A stretch of DNA of 64,000 bases from an uncultured delta proteobacterium (GTDB lineage: Bacteria > Myxococcota_A > Polyangia > Polyangiales > B10-G4): assembly GCA_963727445.1 (NCBI GenBank), contig CAVSGI010000008.1:160001-224000 (forward strand), in the 5' to 3' direction. Positions 36,541 to 44,712 of the stretch are shown piece by piece (position 1 is the stretch's first letter; each line of letters starts with the position of its first letter). The notes beneath the pieces were generated by a model. It saw only the letters and a list, made by a program, of their open reading frames with translations, was not told the origin of the DNA and did no database searches. The position numbers and the translations under genes are program-made.

Positions 36541-37205
36541 AGATCCCTCCTCCGGCCAGTGAACCGGAGCTCGTCGCGCGCGCACGCGCCATCGCCGGCC
36601 GTCGGATCGGTGACGTCGCGGGGGAGCTCGGCATCGACGCGCCGCCCACGCTCAAGCAGCACAAGGGATTCGTCGGCGGCCTCCTCGAAAAGGCGCTCGG
36701 CGCAAGCGCGGGCTCGCGCGACGAGCCGGACTTCCCGGAGCTGGGCGTCGAGCTGAAGTCGATCCCGGTCGACACCCGCGGCAAGCCGCGCGAGTCGACC
36801 TTCGTGTGCACCATGCCGCTCGACGCGATCGCGGAGATCGAGTGGTCCGAGTCACGGGTCGCGCGCAAGCTCGCGCGCGTCCTCTTCGTCCCCGTCGAGT
36901 CCGACCCGGAGATCAGGGTCGGCGCCCGGCGCATCGGCGGCCCCATCCTCTGGACGCCGAGCCCCGAAGAGAGCACCGCCCTCGCTCGCGACTGGGAAGA
37001 GCTCGCCGGCCTCGTCGGCGCCGGCGAGGTCGAGCGCATCACCGCCCACCTCGGCGTCCACCTGCAGGTCCGCCCCAAAGCCGCCAACGCCAGCGTCCGC
37101 ACCAGCGCCCCCGGCGGCGACGAAGGCATCCTCTCCATCAACCCCCGCGGCTTCTACCTCCGCACCTCATTCACCCACGCCATCATCACCCGCGCCCTCA
37201 GCTAA
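36537..37205 (+). CDS. mutH: MutH/Sau3AI-family endonuclease
   Basis: HKGFVGGLLEKALGA, PDFPELGVELKSIPVD, ESTFVC, LWTPS, DWEEL, LQVRPKAAN, RGFYLRTSFT. Confidence 0.85.
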
Positions 37206-37400
37206 CGGGGACGGTCTACACTTTTCAACTTTCGCCCCCAAAACGGCTAACGGGGACGGTCTACACTTTTCAACTTTCGCCACGCAGGCTGGGTCCATCT
37301 GCATGCGTGCAGCCCGGCCGAAAGTTGAAAAGTGTAGACCGTCCCCATCAAGCGATCCCGGCCGAAAGTTGAAAAGTGTAGACCGTCCCCATCAAGCGAT
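37201..37400. repeat. Four-unit REP-like cluster (two forward, two reverse)
   Basis: Units at 37207-37233 and 37252-37278 (+), 37320-37346 and 37364-37390 (-); exact 44-bp tandem duplication 37313-37356/37357-37400. Confidence 0.9.
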
Positions 37401-38495
37401 GAGCGTCGCGTCGCCGAACTCGTGCGCGACGTAGCCCGCATCGCGCGCGGCGCGATGCGCGCGCGCCAACAGCGCATCGTCCACAAACGCGCGCATCAGC
37501 TCGTGATGGCTCTCGCCGGGCGCGTGCACGTTCGTGAGCAGCGCGTCGACGCATCGAAGCGTATGCCCCGGCGCGATGCGCAAATCGGTCACCCCCGACA
37601 GCGACCCCGCCGCCGCAGCGCCCTCGAGCGCGCGCACCACCGTCGTCCCCACCGCCACGACCCGCCCGCCCCGCGCTCGCGCCCGCGCGAGCGCCTCCAT
37701 CGTCTCCGCCGGAACGCGGTAGCGCTCCGGCAGCGGCAAGAGCCGATCGATCCGCGCGTCGCCCGTCGCGCTCAACCCCGCCGCGTGCGTCACCGCCGCG
37801 ATCCCCACCCCACGCCGCCGCGCCGCGATCAGCGTCCCCCACGTGAGCGGCCGCGCTGCCGAAGGCATCTCGACCGCCCACGGCCGCGTCGCGAAGGCGG
37901 TCTGAAACGCCTCGAGCGGCACCGCCGTCTTCAGATACGAGTACCGCACGGGCTCCGCCGCCTCGTAGAGCGCCGCGAGGAACGCCCCGCCCCCCACCTC
38001 GAACGCCACGTCCAACAGCCGCGGCGACGCCGCGTGAACCCGCAGCACGCGCGCACCGAGCCGCCCCGCCCGTCCCTGCACGGACGCGACCAACCGCTCC
38101 CCGACACGCACCCGCGGCGGCGCCAGCCGCGCGTCCGTGTCGTCGCGAAACGACCCTTCCCCGAAGAGCACCACCGTCCACCGCGCCTCCGCTCCAGGCA
38201 AGCGCGACGAAAGCCGCACCTCCACCCGCGCGCCACGATCCGTCCGCATCGCGATCGACGCCGGCACCGTCGCCGCGTCGTTCACCACCAAGAGATCCCC
38301 CGCGCGCAACACCTCCGGCAAGTCCCCGACGCGTGCATGCCGAACCGCGCGGCGCGCGCGGTCCACCACCAGCATCCGCTCGCGATCCCGCTCCCCACGC
38401 GGCCCGGGCGCCGCCGTGATCGCCCCGCCGCCCGCGTCCACCTCGCGCGCGCCGCGCACCGCCTCCGCCGCCCAAGCCACCAGCCCGCTCTTCAC
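37392..38495 (-). CDS. queA: QueA-family SAM:tRNA ribosyltransferase-isomerase-like protein
   Basis: GDLLVVND, FQTAFA..WAVEMPSAARP, VTHAAG, VVAVGTTVVRALE, LLTNVH.P.ESH, HEFGDATLI. Confidence 0.8.
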   Translation of the reverse strand: MKSGLVAWAAEAVRGAREVDAGGGAITAAPGPRGERDRERMLVVDRARRAVRHARVGDLPEVLRAGDLLVVNDAATVPASIAMRTDRGARVEVRLSSRLPGAEARWTVVLFGEGSFRDDTDARLAPPRVRVGERLVASVQGRAGRLGARVLRVHAASPRLLDVAFEVGGGAFLAALYEAAEPVRYSYLKTAVPLEAFQTAFATRPWAVEMPSAARPLTWGTLIAARRRGVGIAAVTHAAGLSATGDARIDRLLPLPERYRVPAETMEALARARARGGRVVAVGTTVVRALEGAAAAGSLSGVTDLRIAPGHTLRCVDALLTNVHAPGESHHELMRAFVDDALLARAHRAARDAGYVAHEFGDATLIA

Positions 38496-39211
38496 GCCCC
38501 CTCCCACGAAGGCGCTTCGAGGCGCGCACCCGTGCGCGTCTCCTTCGCGACGATGGCCGCGAACACCGCCGCCACGTCCGCCGGCTGCTGAAGCGTCGAC
38601 GGATCCGCGTCGGGCAACGCCGCCGCGTGCATCTCGGTATCCATCTCCCCAGGATCGATCGCCAAGAAGCGCACCCCGGTGTCCGCGAGCTCCGCGCCCC
38701 AGACCCGCGCGAGATGGTCGAGCGCCGCCTTCGACGCCCCATATGCGCCCCACGTCGGGTAAGCCTCCACCGCCGCATCCGACGACACCGTCAGCACCAG
38801 CCCCTCGCCGCGCAGCAGCATCGAGCCGACCACCACCTTCGCCAGCCGGAACGCCCCCAGCACGTTCACCTCGAAGACCCGCGACAGCTCGCCCGCCTCG
38901 ACGTCGGAGAGCATCGGCATGGGCACCGGCCCGAGGGTGCTCGCGTTCAACACCAGCACGTCGACCGGCCCGATGCGCTCCACCGCTTCCGCCGCGATGC
39001 GCGCCGCTGCCCGCGGCTCCCCGACGTCGGCCACGATGCCATGCGCTTCCCCGCCGCTCTGACGGATCGCCGCCACCGCCGCCTCGAGCGCCTCTTCGCC
39101 ACGCGCCACCAGCGCGACCCGCGCGCCTTGTCGCGCGAGCCGCTCCCCGAGCGCCCGCCCCAGCCCCTGGCTACCCCCCGTGATCAGGACACTTTTTCCT
39201 CCGAGCTCCAT
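38492..39211 (-). CDS. Short-chain dehydrogenase/reductase
   Basis: ITGGSQGLG, LNAS, YGASKAA, DPGEMDT. Confidence 0.92.
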   Translation of the reverse strand: MELGGKSVLITGGSQGLGRALGERLARQGARVALVARGEEALEAAVAAIRQSGGEAHGIVADVGEPRAAARIAAEAVERIGPVDVLVLNASTLGPVPMPMLSDVEAGELSRVFEVNVLGAFRLAKVVVGSMLLRGEGLVLTVSSDAAVEAYPTWGAYGASKAALDHLARVWGAELADTGVRFLAIDPGEMDTEMHAAALPDADPSTLQQPADVAAVFAAIVAKETRTGARLEAPSWEGA

Positions 39212-39333
39212 ACGACACCTCCGTACGGATCTGTATGCGGCCCCCCCTCGTGCACGGCTCGGGCCCTGCCAACGCATTGGAAGAATGCTCGCGAGGGAAT
39301 GCGGGGAGGCCCGCGTCGTAGCAAGCTGACGAG

Positions 39334-40311
39334 ATGCCCGCGACGCGCGTCACCCCCATCGGAGCCGCCACGGACCGCCAGACGCGGGTCCTCGACGGTT
39401 TCGACGGCCCGCGCATCGCGCTCGGTCAGCTCGAGGACGCCTACCGGCGCGTCCTGTCCGACGCGCGCGCTTCCGCGCGGCACTACCTCGACGCCGACGG
39501 CTATCGCCTCTACTGGTGCCGCCCCGGCGCCCCTCTCCGGAGCCGCGACCTCCCCGAGCTCCCCGCCGCCTACGCCGTCGTCGGCCGCCACGCCCGATGC
39601 GACCCGCAACTCGACGCGGATCGCGAAGTCTCGCTCCGGCATCTGCTTGTGCGTCCCGGCCGCCTCGACGACGGCACGTTGGCGCTTCGCCTCATCGATC
39701 TGCGCGGCGAGATGCCCTTCTTCCTGCTCGACGATCAGCCGCGCCGCTCGATCGCCGCCGCCGGCCCGGTCGCCATCCGTCTCGGGCGCTACGCGCTCAT
39801 CGCCCTGCCCTTCGTGCACGGCGCGCTCGTCGCTCCGAGCACCCTCGAGGCCCCGGCCATGCACGAAGACGTGCGTCCGCCCGAACGCGTCACGAAGAGC
39901 GAGCCCACCTCGACCAACATCACCATCCTGCCCGGCGTCACGGGCGTGATGGAAGTCGCGCGCCGCATGTCCCCCGGCGACGCCACCTTCACCGTGATGC
40001 GTGATGACGAGAGCGCATCGGTCGGCGTGAGCCGCGCCGACCTCGATCGGGGCGTGCTCATCGGGCGACTGCCGCGCTGCATCGACGGCGGCATCCGCAG
40101 CATCTTGAGTGCGCAGATCAGCCGCGCCCACCTCCTGGTGCTCGCCGAGGGCAGCCGCGTGGTCGCCTTCGACCTCGCCAGCACCAACGGCACCTACAAG
40201 CGGGGACGCGAGGTGAGCTGCGCCCGCCTCCACGACGGCGGCACCACCCTCGGCCTGAGCCGCCACCAGGGTGTCACCTTCCGCTTCACCCGCGAGCCGC
40301 TCACCAGCTGA
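39334..40311 (+). CDS. Protein with two FHA-like domains
   Basis: VVGRH..CD...VSLRH and LIGR...ISRAH...DLASTNGT. Confidence 0.75.
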   Translation: MPATRVTPIGAATDRQTRVLDGFDGPRIALGQLEDAYRRVLSDARASARHYLDADGYRLYWCRPGAPLRSRDLPELPAAYAVVGRHARCDPQLDADREVSLRHLLVRPGRLDDGTLALRLIDLRGEMPFFLLDDQPRRSIAAAGPVAIRLGRYALIALPFVHGALVAPSTLEAPAMHEDVRPPERVTKSEPTSTNITILPGVTGVMEVARRMSPGDATFTVMRDDESASVGVSRADLDRGVLIGRLPRCIDGGIRSILSAQISRAHLLVLAEGSRVVAFDLASTNGTYKRGREVSCARLHDGGTTLGLSRHQGVTFRFTREPLTS

Positions 40312-40473
40312 CCGCGAGCGCGAACGAGGCCGTACGCCTCGCATCTGTGGAATTTTGGTACACCAACGTGCCTCACCTGGTGACCGAGCCCCTCAGTGGC
40401 GACGGTAGACGCCACGCGATATGGCGAGAATGTCGCGGTGCGTCATAAAGGTGACGGTGGCGTCAATCGGCCG

Positions 40474-40938
40474 TCAGGCCGCGGCGCGGCTGACGCGATC
40501 GGCGTGAGCCACGGTCACACTGGTCCCGCGAACCGACATTTGTACGGCCGAAGCGAGAGCCGCCATCGTGTACCGGTCGGCGCCCGCGTCGGAGAGGAGC
40601 ACCCGGCCTCCGGGTCCCTTAGCCATTTCCGAAGCAATTGCACGGAGCATCAGGCTTCGCGATTCGAGAACCTGGCTGTCGGTGCGGCCGCCGCCGACGA
40701 GCGTCGCCCAGCTCGGAGCCCGCTCTTCGGCAACCAGCTCCCGCACCTTGTCCCGCACGCGAACCGCGAAATCATTCGTCTTCTCATCCTTCTCTTGAAG
40801 GATCACGACCACGTCCGGGGCATCCGCCTTGAAGCGGTCTACCCAGGGGGTCCAGTCGCTGTTTCGCTCAGCAACGATGAGAGATGTGGCGGGGCGGGTC
40901 ATTGGTACGGCTCTTGTCAGGGATTGCTCAAGCAACAT
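40474..40938 (-). CDS. Hypothetical protein
   Basis: Protein-like ORF preceded by GAGAGG; start uncertain. Confidence 0.6.
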   Translation of the reverse strand: MLLEQSLTRAVPMTRPATSLIVAERNSDWTPWVDRFKADAPDVVVILQEKDEKTNDFAVRVRDKVRELVAEERAPSWATLVGGGRTDSQVLESRSLMLRAIASEMAKGPGGRVLLSDAGADRYTMAALASAVQMSVRGTSVTVAHADRVSRAAA

Positions 40939-41087
40939 CGGGGCCAACCTCTCGGACAGACACCGGACCCCCTCGAAGGTTCCCGGCGACTCTCCTACTG
41001 ACGTATCGCGCCGCATTCGGATCTCTTACGCCCGACCCCGCCCTTCAGATCGAACCATCAGGCTCCCCGCCCCAACCGGCCTCGCCG

Positions 41088-41116
41088 TTGACGCCCCGCC
41101 CCCCGATTGCTACCTC
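41088..41116 (+). promoter_or_regulatory. Putative sigma70 promoter of tRNA-Lys
   Basis: TTGACG, 17-bp spacer ending TGC, then TACCTC; 11 nt before the tRNA. Confidence 0.5.
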
Positions 41117-41127
41117 GCCCACCCCAA

Positions 41128-41203
41128 GGGTCGTTAGCTCAGTTGGCAGAGCAGTGGGCTTTTAACCCATCGGTCGCAGGTTCGAGCCCTGCACGACCCA
41201 CCA
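41128..41203 (+). tRNA. tRNA-Lys(TTT)
   Basis: GGGTCGT acceptor stem, AGCTCAGTTGGCAGAGC D arm, GTGGG-CTTTTAA-CCCAT anticodon arm, GGTTCGAGCC T arm, ACCA end. Confidence 0.97.
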
Positions 41204-41330
41204 CCATGCGTCTCCTCTTCTTGCCCCTCGTTCTCGTCGCCTGCGGGTGGATGCTTCGCTCGGGTCTGCGAACCCGCTGCACTTCCGACGGGTGCCTTCG
41301 CGGAATCGCTCGAATCGGTTTGGGCTCTTG

Positions 41331-41359
41331 AACCCATCGGTCGCAGGTTCGAGCCCTGC
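41331..41359 (+). repeat. Partial duplicate of tRNA-Lys 3' half (att-like)
   Basis: AACCCATCGGTCGCAGGTTCGAGCCCTGC is identical to 41164-41192. Confidence 0.85.
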
Positions 41360-41430
41360 TCCACTTCGGTCCGCCTACGCGAACCGCTCGCGCACCTATC
41401 CCTCGTCGCGCCGGCCCGCTCAGCAGCTCT

Positions 41431-41919
41431 TCACCGAGACGCCTCCGAAAGAGCCTCCCAATCGACGAGACAGTCCTCCGCCAGCACGAGGTACCCAGCC
41501 GCGAGCTCGTCGCTGACCGCGTTCGCGATCACGCCCCGGTCGCCCAGGAACTGGATGAAAGCGCGGTACTCGTCGAGGAACTCCATCGGATGGGTGCCCG
41601 GCGGGTTCAGCCCCCACATGCACGCCTCGAGGATGTGCTGCCATGGCTCGATGCTCGCCCAGGCTTGCCCTTCGGTGACGACGTCGCTGTCGTGGAAATG
41701 GCCGAGCGCAGTACCCGTGAGCTCGTATATGGCGGTGAAGACGTCCTCCCAGCGCAGCAAGCGCTCGTCGGAGACCTCCTCACACATGAAGTCGACGATC
41801 AGGCCGACGTACTTGATGTACCAGGAGCGGTCCGGCTCCGGCAACGGCCACCGAGGCTCCTTGCCCTGGTAGCTCCGCAGCTCTTCACGCGCTCGACGCG
41901 CCCGTCTCTTCACGTTCAT
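41431..41919 (-). CDS. Hypothetical protein
   Basis: 162-aa ORF with GGAGG upstream and normal codon bias. Confidence 0.7.
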   Translation of the reverse strand: MNVKRRARRAREELRSYQGKEPRWPLPEPDRSWYIKYVGLIVDFMCEEVSDERLLRWEDVFTAIYELTGTALGHFHDSDVVTEGQAWASIEPWQHILEACMWGLNPPGTHPMEFLDEYRAFIQFLGDRGVIANAVSDELAAGYLVLAEDCLVDWEALSEASR

Positions 41920-42001
41920 TCGGCAACCCTCCGCGCCTCGTGCGCGGCCCCTTATCGGGACCGCGGCGCGGTGGTTGCCTCAGTCGAGAAAGACGCTCCG
42001 C

Positions 42002-43135
42002 TCAGCCCCAGTGGCGGCGGCGACGCCACCACAGGCCGGTGAGGATGACGAAGATGGCGAGGTAGCCGCCGTGGGTGCCGGAAGCCGTGTGGCAGCCGCA
42101 GCCGCCGTCGCCGCCGCGGCGGGTGACGCCGCCATCGGTGAGGATCGGGCCCGTGTCACCGCCGGTGGTGCCCGTGTCACCGCCAGTGGTGCCGGTGTCA
42201 CCGCCGGTGGTGCCGGTGTCGGCGGTGGTGCCGGTGTCAGCGACCGATCCGTCGGTGCTGCCGTCGGCGACGCCGCCGTCGGTGCTGGCGTCCATGGCGC
42301 CGCCGTCGGTGCCGCCATCGGTCGTGCCGCCATCGGTGGTGCCGCCATCGGTCGTGCCACCATCGGTGCCTGCATCGGCAACGCCGCCGTCTGTGGCCGC
42401 GCCGGGCTCGATGGCCGTGGCGGAGAAGGCGACGGTCTCGGTGGCGCTCGCCGCGATGGCGCGGCTGTAGCCGTAGGCGCCCGTGAAGTCGTCATCCGTG
42501 AAGGGCAGCCCGGTGCCGTCGAGGGTCGTGGGCATCGTGTCCTCGAGCAGGTCCACGAGGTTCGAGTAGTCGAGGACCTGATAGGAATCGACAGCGGTGC
42601 CGCTGAAGCGCACCGACGCGCCCGAGTCCGTCACGGTGATGGTCGGGTTCGGAAGGCCCGTGGTCAGCGTCGCGTCGTCCGTCGAGGAGGTGCCATCGGC
42701 CTCGGCGTCGACGTAGCCGAAGAGCTCCACGTCGAGAGACCCGCTCGTCGTGTTCTCCACCGCCACCGAGACAGCGATGGAAGCCTGCCCGGAGCTCGGC
42801 TCGCTCAGGGTGATGGTGACGACGATGTTCAGGCCGGTGGAGTCGACGTCGGTGTAGGTCAGCGTCGCCACGCTGCCGGTGTACGACTCCGAGTCCGGCG
42901 TCCCGAGCCCCGTCTCGCCGCCCGTCGAACCGATCCGATACCAGACGCCGAGGGCGAAGAGCTGGTCGGTCCCGCCCGAGCTGGTCAGGTCCGCCGACCA
43001 TCCGCCGCTGAAGCTCGCGTAGTCCGTGATCTCGAAGCTCGCGCCTCCGCTCGTCACGCTGCCCTGCGCGCTGGCGGTCGATGCGGCGGTCAGAACCACC
43101 AAGAAGCCAACAAGTGCCGAATTGAAACGCACCAT
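42002..43135 (-). CDS. MYXO-CTERM sorting domain surface protein
   Basis: Signal peptide, Ser/Thr-rich beta domain, DGGTT/DTGTTGG repeats, C-terminal GGCGC + TM + RRRR. Confidence 0.85.
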   Translation of the reverse strand: MVRFNSALVGFLVVLTAASTASAQGSVTSGGASFEITDYASFSGGWSADLTSSGGTDQLFALGVWYRIGSTGGETGLGTPDSESYTGSVATLTYTDVDSTGLNIVVTITLSEPSSGQASIAVSVAVENTTSGSLDVELFGYVDAEADGTSSTDDATLTTGLPNPTITVTDSGASVRFSGTAVDSYQVLDYSNLVDLLEDTMPTTLDGTGLPFTDDDFTGAYGYSRAIAASATETVAFSATAIEPGAATDGGVADAGTDGGTTDGGTTDGGTTDGGTDGGAMDASTDGGVADGSTDGSVADTGTTADTGTTGGDTGTTGGDTGTTGGDTGPILTDGGVTRRGGDGGCGCHTASGTHGGYLAIFVILTGLWWRRRRHWG

Positions 43136-43403
43136 CGATCTCTCCCCTTTTCGCCTCGCTCCCCTGAGCGAGCGAGCCGGCCTCCCATAAAGGCGCGAGC
43201 GGCGCCGCGCCAGGGGGGCTGAGCGCAGCCTCACACCTTCGGGCGAGCCTCTGAGGAGCGGCTCAGCCCTTGAAATCGCTGGCAAAGTACGAGCGAAGCC
43301 GCAGGTGGTGGACGACGTGATGGTGTCCTCGGGGACCGACGCCTCATCGGCTATGATGGAGAACGACGGAACCTTTCATCCCGAGAGACGTCGAAAGCAG
43401 GAC

Positions 43404-43736
43404 GTGAAGATCCCGAAAAAGCTCCTGGCGCGGGTCGCCGGGCCCCTGGTCGCCGGAGCGGCGCTGTCCTGCACGAGCGCCCCCGCGACGGACACGGCGC
43501 CGATCACGCCCATCGACCCCGCCACCGAGGCGCCGCACGCCGAAGCGCCCGACCCCGTCCCCTACGACGCCACCGCCGAAGCGGACCGCATCGCCCGCAC
43601 CGAGGCGCTCCTCGCGTCGCGCGACGTCGCCCGCGAAGCGCGCATCGACGCCCAGGAAGAGGCGCAGCATCGCCGGCAGGCCGCTCAGATCCGCATTACC
43701 CACCGGTTCATCGGAATCGGCTGCGGGCGCGGCTGA
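43404..43736 (+). CDS. Small secreted/lipoprotein ending GCGRG (chryseobasin-precursor-like)
   Basis: MKIPKKLLARVAGPLVAGAALSC...HRFIGIGCGRG. Confidence 0.6.
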   Translation: MKIPKKLLARVAGPLVAGAALSCTSAPATDTAPITPIDPATEAPHAEAPDPVPYDATAEADRIARTEALLASRDVAREARIDAQEEAQHRRQAAQIRITHRFIGIGCGRG

Positions 43737-43775
43737 GCTTCGTCACTACTCGCCGCCCTCGAGGGCTCGCGGCAG

Positions 43776-44681
43776 TCAGCGGTCGAGGTCTCGCAGGATG
43801 CTCACCGCGAGCCTGCCGACGGGGAACTCGTTGTAGCGCTCGTCGTAAGGGTCGGGATCGTCGACCAGCGCTTCGACGTAAGGACGCAGCGTCGGATCCG
43901 GATGGTCGACGAGGTACGAAAGGGCCGTGCGACGGACCTCCGTCGCGGGATCGGTGAGCGCCGATTCGAGGACGGCGCGCTGGTTCGGCAGACGCCCGAT
44001 CTGAGCGAGGGCGGCGACGCGCGCCGCTTTGTCGGCCGAAGCCCAGGCCTTCTCTACGAGGGGACGGGCGAGGTCGTGACACTCGAGGAGCGCCGCCAGC
44101 AGCGCAGGCGAATCGATCTCCGAGGCCAGATCCACGAGGCGCTTCGTCAGCCGCCGGTCGGACTTCGCCGACATCACCAGGTTCTCTACGTGTATCGCCG
44201 CGAGCTGCCCCGACCGAACGCGCTCCAGCAGCCAATCGTGATCGCCCTTGCGCACCAGCGCATCGATCGCCAGCTGCCGCTGCCGATAAAGCGCGCGACT
44301 GTCGCCCTGCGTCAGCTCGCGCGTCTCTTCGACGGTCGTGACGTCGTGCTGGATCAGGACGTTTCGAAGCGCCTCGTCCCGACGCGCCCCGAGCTGAAAG
44401 AAGAAGCGCATCGCGTCGACGGTCTCCGCGCGCCGCGCCGGATCGTCGAGGCGCGCCTCGATGTGCGCGTGCAGGATGCGGCGGGCGTTCGGGCCTTTGA
44501 GCACGAGGAGCTGCACGAGCCGATCGCCGTTCGCCGCCGAGATCTCCGCTTCGACAAAGTCCGTCAGCGCCCTTTCGACCTCCGGGGCCATGCGCCTGCC
44601 CACGTACGGCCACACGGCGTTCACGTCTCCCTCCTCGATGGCCTGCAGGATCCTCTCGTCGAAGTAGCCCTCGGTCGTCAT
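43776..44681 (-). CDS. HEAT-repeat protein
   Basis: RVAALAQIG, LTDPATEVRRTALSYL, LVDDPDP. Confidence 0.7.
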   Translation of the reverse strand: MTTEGYFDERILQAIEEGDVNAVWPYVGRRMAPEVERALTDFVEAEISAANGDRLVQLLVLKGPNARRILHAHIEARLDDPARRAETVDAMRFFFQLGARRDEALRNVLIQHDVTTVEETRELTQGDSRALYRQRQLAIDALVRKGDHDWLLERVRSGQLAAIHVENLVMSAKSDRRLTKRLVDLASEIDSPALLAALLECHDLARPLVEKAWASADKAARVAALAQIGRLPNQRAVLESALTDPATEVRRTALSYLVDHPDPTLRPYVEALVDDPDPYDERYNEFPVGRLAVSILRDLDR

Positions 44682-44712
44682 CCGCGTCCCCGATTCTACC
44701 CGTGCCGCGATC

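Noticed and set aside
37201..37400. CRISPR array
   Set aside because: Units are in both orientations, spacers are short or duplicated, and there are no cas genes
40390..40430. Purine riboswitch-like GTCTACC on the minus strand
   Set aside because: P1-P3 architecture cannot be built and there is no downstream gene on that strand
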